Part shown: one piece after another, positions 21,701 through 31,953 of the stretch
How the letters are laid out: the number at the start of each line of letters is the position of its first letter
Position numbering within the stretch: position 1 is the first letter of the stretch
Assembly (NCBI GenBank): GCA_009859145.1
Contig: VRVR01000027.1
Coordinates: forward strand, 1-64,000
Origin: Andalucia godoyi And28
Lineage: Eukaryota; Protista; Jakobida
Direction: 5' to 3'
DNA length: 64,000 nucleotides
Notes under the pieces: generated by a model
The model's input: the letters and a program-made list of their open reading frames with translations, nothing else
The model's database searches: none
What the model was told of the DNA's origin: nothing
Translations under genes and position numbers: made by a program

Positions 21701-22560
21701 CCCTACGTGGGTCTGAAGTACCATCAGTTCCGTCTGTTTCCCTTCACGTATTTTATCGATTTTGCAGTTTTCTGCATGTCGCTGTTCGTTTGACAGCCAG
21801 AGTCTCCTGCATCGGCAACACATTGGATCCACTGGTCGCGGGGTTTCCGATCGCAGAGCGAGAAATGGAGTTGGTCGACGATTCTGGTCACCATCGTGTT
21901 CGCATAGCGATCATGCCGGGTGGAGCGTGCGGCCCATTTTTCGCGGTCCGCTTGCGGCGTCGTGGAGAAGCTGCACCGTTGGATATGATCGCTCTTTTCA
22001 AAAAGTTCGTGAGTACGGACACTGGTATTCCTGCTGGTTCCGAGGTCGTGTTCGGTCATTCCATCCATTTGGGCCGAGAAAACCAGCTTCTTGATTTCGT
22101 TGTTGGTGAAAATTCCAGCTTCGTTCCCTCAGCTCAGGAGTCTGTGTTCCAACAGAGAATGAAGCAGTTTGATGAGTACAAGAAGTTCGAACCGAATGCT
22201 GCAGCGACCTCTTGCTCTGATGCAGGGCCGAAAGAGTGGACCAGGCAGCAACTGTATGATGCAGTGCAAAAGAATCTTGATCCATTCTTGAAGTACTTCT
22301 TTGGTCATTTTGACTCTGTGTTCAAAGCTGTCGTCCATGCATTGAATTCATTTGAATCTGGAACCGCCGATAATGTCTTGGCGATGGTGGATCGGAAGAA
22401 CGCTGTGAAGGTGTGGACAAACGATATTCTGCTGAACCCCATGCTTGTGAAGTCGCAAGTTTCGGAGTCTCCCGTTCAGGAGTTTTGTGCGTTCTTGCGT
22501 GGGCATCCGGAAGTTTTGCGCGAAGTGGCGGACATTCTAAAACTTCCTGTTTTTCCGTAG
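18778..22560 (+). CDS. ROCO protein: uncharacterised N-terminus + Roc GTPase + COR + C-terminal domain X (1260 aa)
   Basis: ATG at 18778 (the ORF track extends upstream antisense to the PNP gene). P-loop VLFVGETRAGKTS, G3 SVFDFAGQDLY, strand SMYILVFDL, G4-like VVLVGTRG; COR-like VPLRYLFLE; domain X WTRQQLYDAVQKNLDPFLKYF...LREVADIL at ~22237-22545. Confidence 0.9.
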   Translation: MSYFPEWGTSNGLVFTPCGPGTNRLCVISTAGNADDARAFLRLWKKEMQHRVVFWDFFRFRNSFISFEEFPWLRDAVGVPHLVSFSLDQRATHVTLDSSGNFSMERDGVSRNVETDFPGYSQYCKMFWILRYAPSEWDALIFGLFAADFLPDLLHMVQHAMAQSSRRGHTVLAMAGKSSELKKSILSSIPGCLFRELCSILAFDAQLPKRYLCLLNPDDADHSRSRMLQFVEDRISSVLGEVASGLSLTPRRRKSIHRYLSGSFVRISIARQMASAEDDEEVTLIRFVARIAVDSSETVPQFSLGHVLSLPPDSSASFGLHLVVEQAVSEVDHDVFVRSFDYIVDGSAVLSGITVPHRISLINSLSDKDVHAQLACLLLSKLPPTSEAPKIPSKTTILSWDFGTVSAKLPRRRVLFVGETRAGKTSTIQLLRGVGKQCFCRTEAGTNVADQQSTEVGGVHMMEIAVGVDGRSWSYDASERGAAAGAVSLFLRSAAKAHSFTVSQSHLVPPSSSLSAIGPGSEDAIIPDAAEGSADDSQLVSGIQESATPLASNGGIDDALAEIRNAASHIQSSCVSVFDFAGQDLYRCLDPLFFAPSSMYILVFDLLNLCDNADISMELLASEIDRCILSWLRRISGMLANAGSQLSQRSVVVLVGTRGSQFETHVFASLVREAVSTSINDCQESFANLDVHIGVTNPNRARGDPDVHPHRPFYVLENNPHLEGGNAYDDDRLTFMKSFSAFILRQFGDFVSASRPVPLRYLFLEAFVLQRSEWSARSVLSEPEILSYVVPALNLGSEAEARDALGALIESGSFFGFCSGSGLNRSEGIPETSTVIVIRPMEFVRRCAALISHQFLRSSANGYLQPNSSLYNALWQRIGAIQEDEVRRILCVGPVSNDGLCDEEKNCLFSTLCMMGILIPIRVVQMHFKSHPSYFLFTPRLHILRRENVVRDHLLDAAHVSTQFRSCSLAVQIQTLRGSEVPSVPSVSLHVFYRFCSFLHVAVRLTARVSCIGNTLDPLVAGFPIAEREMELVDDSGHHRVRIAIMPGGACGPFFAVRLRRRGEAAPLDMIALFKKFVSTDTGIPAGSEVVFGHSIHLGRENQLLDFVVGENSSFVPSAQESVFQQRMKQFDEYKKFEPNAAATSCSDAGPKEWTRQQLYDAVQKNLDPFLKYFFGHFDSVFKAVVHALNSFESGTADNVLAMVDRKNAVKVWTNDILLNPMLVKSQVSESPVQEFCAFLRGHPEVLREVADILKLPVFP

Positions 22561-23256
22561 CAGTGTTTGCAAGTCGTCAGGATTGTTACTCGCTCTATCC
22601 TTCCTTGGTTTCTTCCTCTTGATGGGCATTCAAATAGTCTTGATCCAGGCAGAGGTTTCCTGCACAGACTGCATGTTGCTGGACGGGGTTGAATCCTGCG
22701 GATGTGGCTGAACAGCTACGCAACTCGATAGGTCTCGAGCTTCAGTCAGAGCCAAGTATGACGAGAAAAACGAATCCAGGCTGCACATGCTGTGGTGCTG
22801 CTCTCTTCCATTCTCTCACTACGCAGAACTCGTGGATCTTCCCCAATGTCCATCGACAAATATTCGAAAATCGCAAAGGCTCGAGCGATCGCGAGGGCGA
22901 TTCTCGTCGCCCATTATGGCATCGTCTTTCACCCCACACCCTGGCAGTTCGTTGGAAGGTGTCCCGAATGGTGTTCCCCAGCTCCAGAGTCCAGTGCAGG
23001 TTGCGGTTCGGCGCCTCAACGGTTGCTCATGCTGACGAACTGTGCTTCTATGCACCATCTGCGCGCTGTGCTGACTGCTGGGCCCTGACCGCCTGAGATG
23101 ATGAGTCGCACAGCACAGGACGCATTGGTCTGCTGCGCTCTTCCGTGTTCGTTTCTGTTTCTGATTTCTTGGCGTTTTTACAATCCTCTTCCTGTTCCCA
23201 GCTGTCGACCATTTGTCAAACGGCGGGCACATTTGAGACATGCTTTCGTCCGTTCA

Positions 23257-23800
23257 GATCATTCCATTTGTTTCGGCGACGTTGCTAATCCGATGTTATC
23301 TTGCACAACCGAGCGGGTTTCTCCCAGTTCGATGGGGTGAATTGGATCACTTCTCTTTGTCTTGCTGTGGATGAAGTTCTCACGATTGATAAGGCAATCG
23401 CAACGACTGGCATGATCCATTGTACTTGTTTGCAGCTGAAGAATTTCGAATTCCGAGCCTTTTGTGATCCATGGGTTTCCTGGTTCGTCGAGCCATGTAG
23501 GAAGCGAAGAATTCGTAGGCGGAGCTGCATTCAAAGTGAGCATCATTCTCGATGGGAGCGACGTTCTGTATGTTGAGTATGTCGATGGTGCGTCCATCGA
23601 CAAGGTGTCCGCGATGAAATGGAATGGAGCGTCTTGGACGCATGTTGGGACGCTTTCCACCTGACAGTGCGGACTGGCTTTCCATGTCGCTCTGTACAAA
23701 CTCCATTTGCGCCAGCTTCCAAGACGCCTCGAACGTCAACAAGATTACCGTGACCGAGTTTGTAGCTGGCTCATGAACAGTGGCTGGAAGTTCAGGGAAG
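23257..23800 (+). pseudogene. Decayed gene with repeated beta-propeller-like blades (Y.x.D...KxxxxxxNGxxWxxVG type)
   Basis: Fragments in different frames: HSICFGDVANPMLS / FSQFDGVNW; SIILDGSDVLYVEYVDGASIDKVSAMKWNGASWTHVG; ASFQDASNVNKITVTEFVAGS*TVAG, with TGA at 23774 where Trp is expected. Confidence 0.5.
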
Positions 23801-24377
23801 AATATCAGTCGGAATGCCCAGGTACACGAGCCCGAGCTTGACACGAGATCCAGTCACTCCAAGTCCGGTGGCAATATAGGTCGTCGACAGGTCGTCCGCC
23901 GTTTCTGGTTTTTCTTCCACAGCATATACTTCACAGTCTTCTACGGATTCTTGCTATTCGATGTTCATTTCTATTGGACGCCAGCTCACGGTTCGCGCGT
24001 CGGTCAGGCCAGTCTGGGAGACGTGTCTCGCGTGCCTGACTGGTGTTGTGTATTTCGCCCTCTTTTCGTTTGTGATCATCCTGGTTCTCAAACGCGGTCC
24101 AAGCGGACTGCATATTGATTTTGCCGGGGCAGTGGACCTCGGCCCTTTCGACTATGAAGGCCAGTACTGGTGGATCCACGGCGGGATGATGGTCTTTTTC
24201 GGCCCGGATGCGTGACTCGTCGTTGCCGGTGTACAACTGTGTCTCAAGGCATCACATCCAAGAGCATCTGGGGGAAGGGAAAGACTGGGCGACGAACTGT
24301 GATGACTGGAGCCGACAGCACATGCGATCATACCAATCCGGGGTGCATATGTACTGTCCAGAAGACCGCATTCGTCG

Positions 24378-27116
24378 ATGGTCGATTTGCACCCGGTAAT
24401 GAAAGGCGCAGATGTCGTCACAACGCTTGATGACTCCAACAAACGATTCCCCCAGATTTCAAGCGAACAGGTCCTCAGCGATCTTGTGCAGGTTCATCGC
24501 ACAGAGTCTGCGTATGTGTATCTTGTTCTCGAACCCACGCATTCGGAGCCTCCTGTTCGTCCAACATCTCAAATCGAAGAAGCGTTCCCGAGACACACTC
24601 TTGAGGAGTCTTCCGGGGAGAGAGTGAGTAAGATGGCAGACAATCTGACGACTGACTTTCTCGTTCTCAACGTGCTTGATCACCAGAGGAGAAGTGGTTT
24701 CTTGGCGAGAGCCTGTTGAAGCTATTGCCGGTCACGTGCTGCGAAACCAACTCAAGTGCGGAAAATCCGTCATTGGTCGATATGCTCATGCCGTATGTGG
24801 GAACTGTCGATGAGTACTGGACCGCACTCAACAGTCAGACTGGTGCTTCCGAACAGTGTGCTAAACGCGTGGTTGCTGTCGCACAAGCGTCCAGCAGTGA
24901 AAAAACCCGTCTTTCCTATACTCTTGGGCAAAAGAATGCGCTCGTGATTGTGATTCGCATTCCTATGCAGCTGAGCGAAGAACTTGCCTCGCCCTTGGAG
25001 CAGTGGCAGCGTCATGTGGAGGAAGCTCATAGGATCGACAGAGGAAATCATCCTCGGCATGTGGCTTCGTTTGCAATGACGTGTCTCCGTTTGCTCGTGG
25101 CCACGCATGCGGAGTGGGTTGCCGAAGTCCTGACAGCGCTCTCGGAACGGCAGTGTGGTGCCGAAATTTTCAGAGAAGCCGCACTCCGCTGGGTGCGAAA
25201 TGGTAGTTGAGATCGTGGTGTGCTTTCGCTGTTCAACGAATGTATGCGGTTCTTTTTCCCGGCTGGATATGCTGGCACACAGAACGAGGAGAATATGATG
25301 GATCGTGTGCGAGACGCCGTGAAGGATCACGTTGCTGCTGTGGATAGGCGCCTACACGAAACTGTTGGCACGCAGGAAACCATTGTGATTTCGTACGACG
25401 GAGTTCAGTTCTTGTTTGATGTGCTGTGGAATGTTTTTTATGCGCAACACAAGCAGGATGAGTCACGGGACGCTGGGGCGCCGACTCGATCTGCTTTTCA
25501 TGGATTGACAGCGTTAATGCCGTCGCTGTTGGATGAAGTTGGATGGCGACAGAGCATGTGCGGCACGTCCTTTCAAATCTCGGCCGAAGCTGGTGCCAAG
25601 CTTTCGTCCATTGCTCATCGTGTGCAGTCGTTGTATCACGTGTCCACCATCGCGGTCGATGACATGAAAGCATCGCTGGAGACATTTTTTCCGTTTCCAA
25701 CCGGGCTTCTTTAAACGTGGAGAGGTACGATCGTGTCTACCGTTTTTGCGTGGCCGACCGAAATTCTTTTTTGGACATGCGTGGACAAACTGCATCTGGA
25801 GGGAACTGAGGGCGCGCACGAGTGACACTGAAGGCATTGATGAGCTTGTGCTTCGTGGATTGCGAAAGGCCATCGAGGATTTGAAGCGAGAACGTACTAA
25901 TGACATCCGATCTCTGTGGGTCTTGGACCCACAATTGATTGCCAGCAATCGTAATATAACCACCTCCTTGTTTTGCCAAGAGTTGTATGCGTCGCTGAAG
26001 CTGAGTGGAGGTCGTCTGTCGTCCTCTGGAAAGGATGGCGATGTTGTGCGGCACGGAATATTTGCCTTCCATCCTTCTGCTGGTGTTGATCTTGATTTGC
26101 GCGCTGAGCCAGCGACGGTCCACGCATTGCTGTCCGTTGGCGATGCTCTTGTGTTGGAGTCAGAGCAGCGCGGTTCGCAGGTGGAGGGTCTGTCGAAAAT
26201 GAGAGATGGCGATCCTATTTTGTCTCTGCTTGACAGCTACACCGCCACGGGAGTCATTGCTGGTTTTCATTTCACAACGAACGTGAAGGGAGCTGTGTGG
26301 GAATTGGCCTTTGTGTGGCACATCCTGCGTCTGTGCATCATTCGGCAGAAAGCAAGATGCACACTCACGCTGCACACTCTCTTTTCCCCCCTATGCGCTG
26401 CCAATTCTGTTCTATCGGATGCTCTTCATCAATGGGAAGTCATGGCAGACGAAGGCTTGGACGCCAGCTCCCTGGTAGCCTCAAGAAATGATGATGATGA
26501 TGATGATGATGAACAGCTCGCGCTTTTCCACTCGTTGCTCGCTTGCCGCGCGACGGCGACACGCAGGGTCATGTACAATGTGGACAAGGACGCTGGGGCA
26601 GACGTTTTGTTTCTCGCGACGAAGATCGACAATCGTCAGGAACGGATTCTCGTCAGTGTGCCGTGCAAAGCCGGAAAGAGGAGTTCGCTCCGGGAATGCC
26701 TGCGAAGCAGTTCTCTGGCATGGCAGCTCACAACCGAGCCACAGCGGGCAGCGGGGTTGAGCGGCGTGACAGTCCTTTTGTAGGAAGTGATCACGTGGTA
26801 GACGAGAAAGAGAACTCCTTTTGACAGGACCGGTCGCGCGATGGAGCTCGTCATCGCCAGACAACTGTGGCCCGACCTCGAAGGCGCAGTTCGTCCGCTG
26901 CATCCTCTTGGAATTAGAAAAATCGTCAGCAACAAAATGTCTTGTCCTGTTTCGCTGATGTCCTCGCAAGTAATTCGAGACACCCGTTTTCTTCATCGTG
27001 CATTTCGAAATCGTTGTTGGCGATATTCAAGATCAGGTGCAAGACGTTCGCGAGGATTTGAATGCAAGCGTTTGTATTTCTCAAAGTACACCAAACATCA
27101 AGTAAACAAGGAATGA
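24378..27116 (+). pseudogene. Decayed P-loop NTPase + PD-(D/E)xK nuclease gene (Crinkler/CR-effector-like architecture)
   Basis: Collinear ORF pieces (24378, 24716, 25220, 25746, 26841) broken by frameshifts and stops (TGA 25208, TAA 25712, TAG 26781). Degenerate Walker A VVAVAQASSSEKT, Walker B-like IVISYDGVQFL, LRGRPKFF, REase-like GADVLF...LVSVPCK. Confidence 0.5.
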
Positions 27117-27649
27117 ACGACGAGAAATTGCAGTCGAGGAAACAGTTCGACGGTCCGTATCCTTGTGCGATTTCGAGGAGTACACAGTAACGTCCATTTT
27201 CATGTCTTTATTAACCTGTCCCCTTATTTTTGGTTTAGTTGATTTTGTTTAGGTGTTTTGTTCTGACTTTGTCATCGTCAACATTCGAAATGGATCAGTC
27301 GAATGCATGGCGTAATGGGCTGTTTGCGTCGTCATTCTGTGCCCTTTAGACGCTGTTCCAAGAAGCGATTGAGATGCCGGTTCTCCATGAGCGAATGATC
27401 CATCGACACTCCGGTAGACCACACGAATGTCATTTGCCCCCGGAATTTGGGTGAAAAGCAAAAAAACGTGCGTAAAAGGTGTGGGACTAGCCTCAATCTT
27501 AGCATCATGTGATTCACCTCGCATCCTTGGCCTTCATTGGAGCGATTCGTGCATCCACATTCGTGGTTCCCGCTGGCGGGAATGACTATTCCATGATGAA
27601 GTTCTTTGAGGGCCAGTCTGCATTGAGCAATCCAGAGGTTTGCGAGGTT

Positions 27650-27750
27650 CCTTTCTGTTTGTGCTTTTCTCTTCCCCTCTTCCCCTCTTTCTCTCTTTCT
27701 CTCTTTCTCTCTCTTTCTGTCTTTCTCTCTCACTCCCAACCTCTCACTTC
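27650..27750 (+). promoter_or_regulatory. CT-rich tract upstream of ATG 27755 (similar tract at ~31825-31890 before ATG 31954)
   Basis: Long (CT)n-like pyrimidine runs directly precede inferred start codons throughout the window. Confidence 0.4.
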
Positions 27751-27754
27751 TGTA

Positions 27755-29626
27755 ATGGAAATGTCCGAATTTCTTGAGAGCATTCGGAACGAATCTCATT
27801 TGGAAGAAAATTTAGCGATCTTACGCAATCCACAGGCATCCACTTGCCAGCTCTACATTGCTCATAGATATGTCTCAGCAGCATATTTTTACATCAAAAA
27901 AATTGAAAAACGAAAGGTGGAAGAATCTGATGGCCCATTTCGTTGTTGCTTGTGCAGAAAATGCGATTTCGCTGAGCCTTTCACGAAGCAGTCTCACACA
28001 ATTCCAAACTTTGCTCTGAAGGAATTCATGGGGTTCAAAGGATTAGCTTTGGGCTTTATAGGAGATGCCATAGTGAAGGACGTGAACGATGTTAAGTATC
28101 CACAGCTAATTTGCGATTCTTGCGAAGATCGATTGTCCACAATTGAAAACACATTCTCGCGTTGGATGAAGCCCATCCTCAAAGCACCGTCGAATCCGGA
28201 AATGGGAATCGAGATTCAACAGCATATTCCTTTCGTTGTTTCACTGCTGTTGAGATGTTTCATCGCGTCGCCGTGGGACAAGATTGTTCCCGAGCAAAAT
28301 GTTTCCGAAGTTCTTAAAGTGATGGAACAGTTTCGAGAGTTCCTGGTGCAAAGCTTCAAGCCGAAGAAGAAGAAGAAGAAAGCTGCCGACGAACCTTGGA
28401 AGAAAGTACTGTGGTTTATGTATGTTGAAAATTATGACATCGAAAAATCTCGCTCAGGTTCCGTGATGGATTTACTTTTCAAGGAGAACATGCCTTATTT
28501 TGATGCGTTTCAGCCGGACTGCTGGGTAGTGCCAGATGGAATGTGTGTGCATTTTGGGAAATTCTTCTTCTTTTTCACGTTTCCCACACAAGGTCCGCTA
28601 TACGATCTGGTGTCCAAGTATGCTAATCCTCTCTGCGATTCTCACGAAATGCGCACAATTCCAGTTCTTCCTTTGGAATTTTTTGAGCTTCTCAACAGAC
28701 GCCGGGTGCCGGTGAATCAAATGCATATCGGACATCCCGATCTTCACAGGTTTCTGGACTCACATCCTGGAAAGATTCCTCGAATAACTGACGGGACGAA
28801 ACTTCTTGAACAGTTCGTGAAACAAAACAAGCCAAGGCCTGGAAGTCATACTCCACAGAAATTTTTTGTGGATGGCGATCCGGAAAAACCGTGGGATGAA
28901 TGGATCCTAAAGGATATGGCTTTACGATCACTTACAATGACCATGGCTCTCCAGGCTGAGCAGGCCTGGCAGAAAGGTGATTTCGGGCGGCATGGTCAGC
29001 TTGCAGAAAGCATATGGTTTTTCTGGAAAAATCGAATTCCACAATTCCTGATACCTGGTTCAACAAACTGGATCGACCTGCCGTCGACTATCGAAGATGT
29101 TCCAGTGCATTACTTTATTCTTCGGTTGTTCCAGCAGTATGTCAGAAAACTCTTGATTGATGCACTGAATTTTGAACGACGTGACAGGAATCGCATCCAG
29201 ACGATGATCAAGGAGTTAGATCTGTTCATGCAACAGTACAAATCTATGATCTGCACGAGTCAAGGTGGCTTGCCTGGGCTTACACAAATACAGACCTGGG
29301 AAACCAACCGCCCGATCCTTGGAGTTGTTGCAAGGACGCTGCTGCTTGCAAAATTGGTTGTTCACATCAAGCTGAAGCGAGCACTCTCGAATCGTACGTT
29401 TTCTGTTCACGCAGCAATGTGCCTCCGGAGTTCGTACACCGACGTCTCTTTGGAAAAGGCAAAGGATATCAGAACCTTAATGGCTGATATGATGAAGGAA
29501 TATCAAGCTTTGCTGGAGAGAGATCGTTCATTCCCAGAGATCCATGTCCAAGCATTCAACAGTGCCGGTGCTCCAAGCAATGTTTGGAATTGTGGAAGGA
29601 CATCGTTAGCCTTCAGTACTCGATGA
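27755..29626 (+). CDS. HNH/His-Me-finger-like nuclease-domain protein with long helical C-terminal region
   Basis: CCLCRKC...SHTIPNF...LICDSCEDRLSTIENTF pattern (CxxC...SHxIP...CxxCE). Start taken at ATG 27755, after a CT-rich leader. Confidence 0.75.
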   Translation: MEMSEFLESIRNESHLEENLAILRNPQASTCQLYIAHRYVSAAYFYIKKIEKRKVEESDGPFRCCLCRKCDFAEPFTKQSHTIPNFALKEFMGFKGLALGFIGDAIVKDVNDVKYPQLICDSCEDRLSTIENTFSRWMKPILKAPSNPEMGIEIQQHIPFVVSLLLRCFIASPWDKIVPEQNVSEVLKVMEQFREFLVQSFKPKKKKKKAADEPWKKVLWFMYVENYDIEKSRSGSVMDLLFKENMPYFDAFQPDCWVVPDGMCVHFGKFFFFFTFPTQGPLYDLVSKYANPLCDSHEMRTIPVLPLEFFELLNRRRVPVNQMHIGHPDLHRFLDSHPGKIPRITDGTKLLEQFVKQNKPRPGSHTPQKFFVDGDPEKPWDEWILKDMALRSLTMTMALQAEQAWQKGDFGRHGQLAESIWFFWKNRIPQFLIPGSTNWIDLPSTIEDVPVHYFILRLFQQYVRKLLIDALNFERRDRNRIQTMIKELDLFMQQYKSMICTSQGGLPGLTQIQTWETNRPILGVVARTLLLAKLVVHIKLKRALSNRTFSVHAAMCLRSSYTDVSLEKAKDIRTLMADMMKEYQALLERDRSFPEIHVQAFNSAGAPSNVWNCGRTSLAFSTR

Positions 29627-30339
29627 TTGTCCGTTGCCTCGCTTGCCGCGACGGTTGTTCTTCCCGCGACCGGGTTCGCTGCCGTTGCAACGACTGCTGC
29701 GCGAGGCGGCGCAGCAGTGACAACTTTTCTCAAGGCCGCGAGTCTTGGTCGTAGCATGCTGGCTGGATGGGGACTTCTAACGGGGCTAACCGCAGTTACG
29801 GTTGCAGCTGTCACCAGAGCGCGTTGCCATGCAGACCGCATTCTAGTGTCAAAATGCATGGCAGCCTGCCGCAAGTACTGGTCGGAGCACGGAACCACGA
29901 TTGCCCAGTCGGTGCTTCGGCGCATCAAGAATCCAGAGTCAACTGCTACAAAGGTGGCCGATGCTGTTGCTGCAGGAGCTCGCGACTTTGTTGGAATGCC
30001 CCCCCCGACAAGGACAACATGTACGACGCGTTTGTCGGGTCGTTTCTCGAGCTGCAGTTCCACGGAGAAGGAACACTAGTGATTCCAAAGCACTGGTGCA
30101 TCCACGGATCGTTTGCTCACGGCGTTCCGAATGGAAACGTCTCTATTCACAAAATCGTTGCTGCTACCGAGAACGCGGGGCCCTTCGAAGAGCTCTTGTT
30201 CTCCGGAACACTCGCTTTCGAGCCGACATCTTCTACCGAATCGATCAAGTTCCGCGGATCTGGAAACTGGTTTGGAAATGTTGGAGGTTCTCAAACAATC
30301 ATGTTTTCCGAGAATGCTGTTTCCATGGTTGACAACTGA
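29627..30339 (+). pseudogene. Ala/Gly/Thr-rich hydrophobic region + beta-rich domain, in frame with the preceding gene after TGA; frameshift at a C8 run (29999-30006)
   Basis: No ATG of its own; it continues the 27755 frame after TGA 29624. GMPPP joins DKDNMYDAFVGSFLELQF if the C run is 9 nt rather than 8. Confidence 0.5.
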
Positions 30340-30741
30340 GCAGTCACGGAACCTCGTGATGTTCTCCCTTCTCAGCATGAAAAGGACCCAATCATGGTGG
30401 ATTTGTTGCCGTTAATCGGACCGTTGCATTTTATTCGACGTATGCATGCTTTCTCCAAGACAGGTGTCTGAGGAAGACGACGATTCACTGCAAGTCTGCC
30501 ACCCCGGACCTTGGTGCGAGTTGTTGTGTTCGGTGGTGAGAACAGAAGGCGTCATATTCCTTCAATGAGATGCCGGAGAAGCTCCGTATACCGAATGGCA
30601 GGATCTGGCGATGGAATCTGCAGTTCCAGAGAGTCTGGTGTCTCTGGATGCTTTGATTCGGAAGGCCGGCAATTCGCAACTCTTCTTCTCAACCACATTG
30701 TGCTGTACGCATCGTTCGCAAATTTGCACAGAAGAAAGAAC

Positions 30742-31278
30742 ATGGAGCCATCCGCACAAGTGCGAGACGCTGTTCTGCGCTCCTACATTCAAGAGCGCAC
30801 CTGGAGCATCAACAACGAATTCAAGCTTCTTCAGGCCTTCGTGTCTCGCAACTACAGCGAGTTTCCAGTGGCGTTGCGGCCGGCCACGGACCGAATGACT
30901 CGGTTTCACATCGCCCATCCGTTTCTCGTCGAGTACGAATGGGAGGTAGCAGAGTCTCGAACAGATATGGGCAAGGGCGATCTGGTATTCACTGACGGTG
31001 GTGGACGATTCGCAGTGGTGGAAGTGAAGTTTATTTAAGGAGAAACGATGACCGGCCGAACAGCGTGCACACGCAGGAGACAGAGCCGCCGGGGGCTGCG
31101 CGATCAGGTTTCTCGATATGTGGACGCTTACTTTGAGTTCTGCCTCAGCAAGGGCTTTCCATGCACGTCCGTACAGGATTTTAGTCTGAGTGAAGAGGGA
31201 TTTGTCGAATATGACTGTGGATTCGGAAGCGAGGTCCAGGAAGACAGTTCTCGTAATTTCCGTGTTTATCGTGCGTAA
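30742..31278 (+). pseudogene. PD-(D/E)xK (restriction-endonuclease fold) protein split by in-frame TAA (31036-31038)
   Basis: EYEWEV...GKGDLVF...FAVVEVKFI*GETMTGRTACTRRRQSRRGLRDQVSRY. Both ORFs are in the same frame, and the D...ExK core plus the downstream QxxRY helix are recognisable. Confidence 0.65.
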
Positions 31279-31953
31279 ACTCGCTGTGTTTTGTTGTCTT
31301 CCTCATGTTGCCACTATTGCTAGATGATGACGAATTTTTGTTTTGCACGTAGCTTCATCCGTCGCACGAATCCTTCATGCTTGGACGATTGGGATGCAGC
31401 CAGCTGTGCTGCGGGCAGTCCGAGGTGTGGTCGCCTTTCATCCATGCCGTGTTCTTTTGATTCGCTCCCGCCGAGGGCCGGGCCAGAGCCCTTGGTGTTC
31501 TTGGGAACCGTGTTCGGTCTCCAAGGTCCAAGGCAAGAAGCATGGCTGGCTGCGCAGCGTTCGAAACCTCGGAACTGCTCGTGCATCGAAGGACATCGAA
31601 TCGCGTCAGCGGAATGCAAGCAGAAGCCGATGCGAAACTTTCAGTCTGACCATCTGGGCCTGCGCAACTCCCAAGTCCCGGTGCACATTACAAATTCCGG
31701 ACATCTGCTCGCCTTCCATCCTCTCCGATTTTTTTCTTCTCAGAGCCCCGGAGGGCAGAGAGGCTCCACACTCTCACTGTTCACACTTGAATTTGTGACC
31801 CAGCCGATCTCTTCTCCGCTACGCTTCCCCTTTTTCCTTTCTCTCTTCCCTTTCCTTTCCCCCTTTTCTCACACTCTTCTTCTTCTCTTATCTGTGTGTA
31901 CTGGTTTCAGAAATCTAAAAGCACCCAAATCAACAAGCTTGCCCTTTACGATA

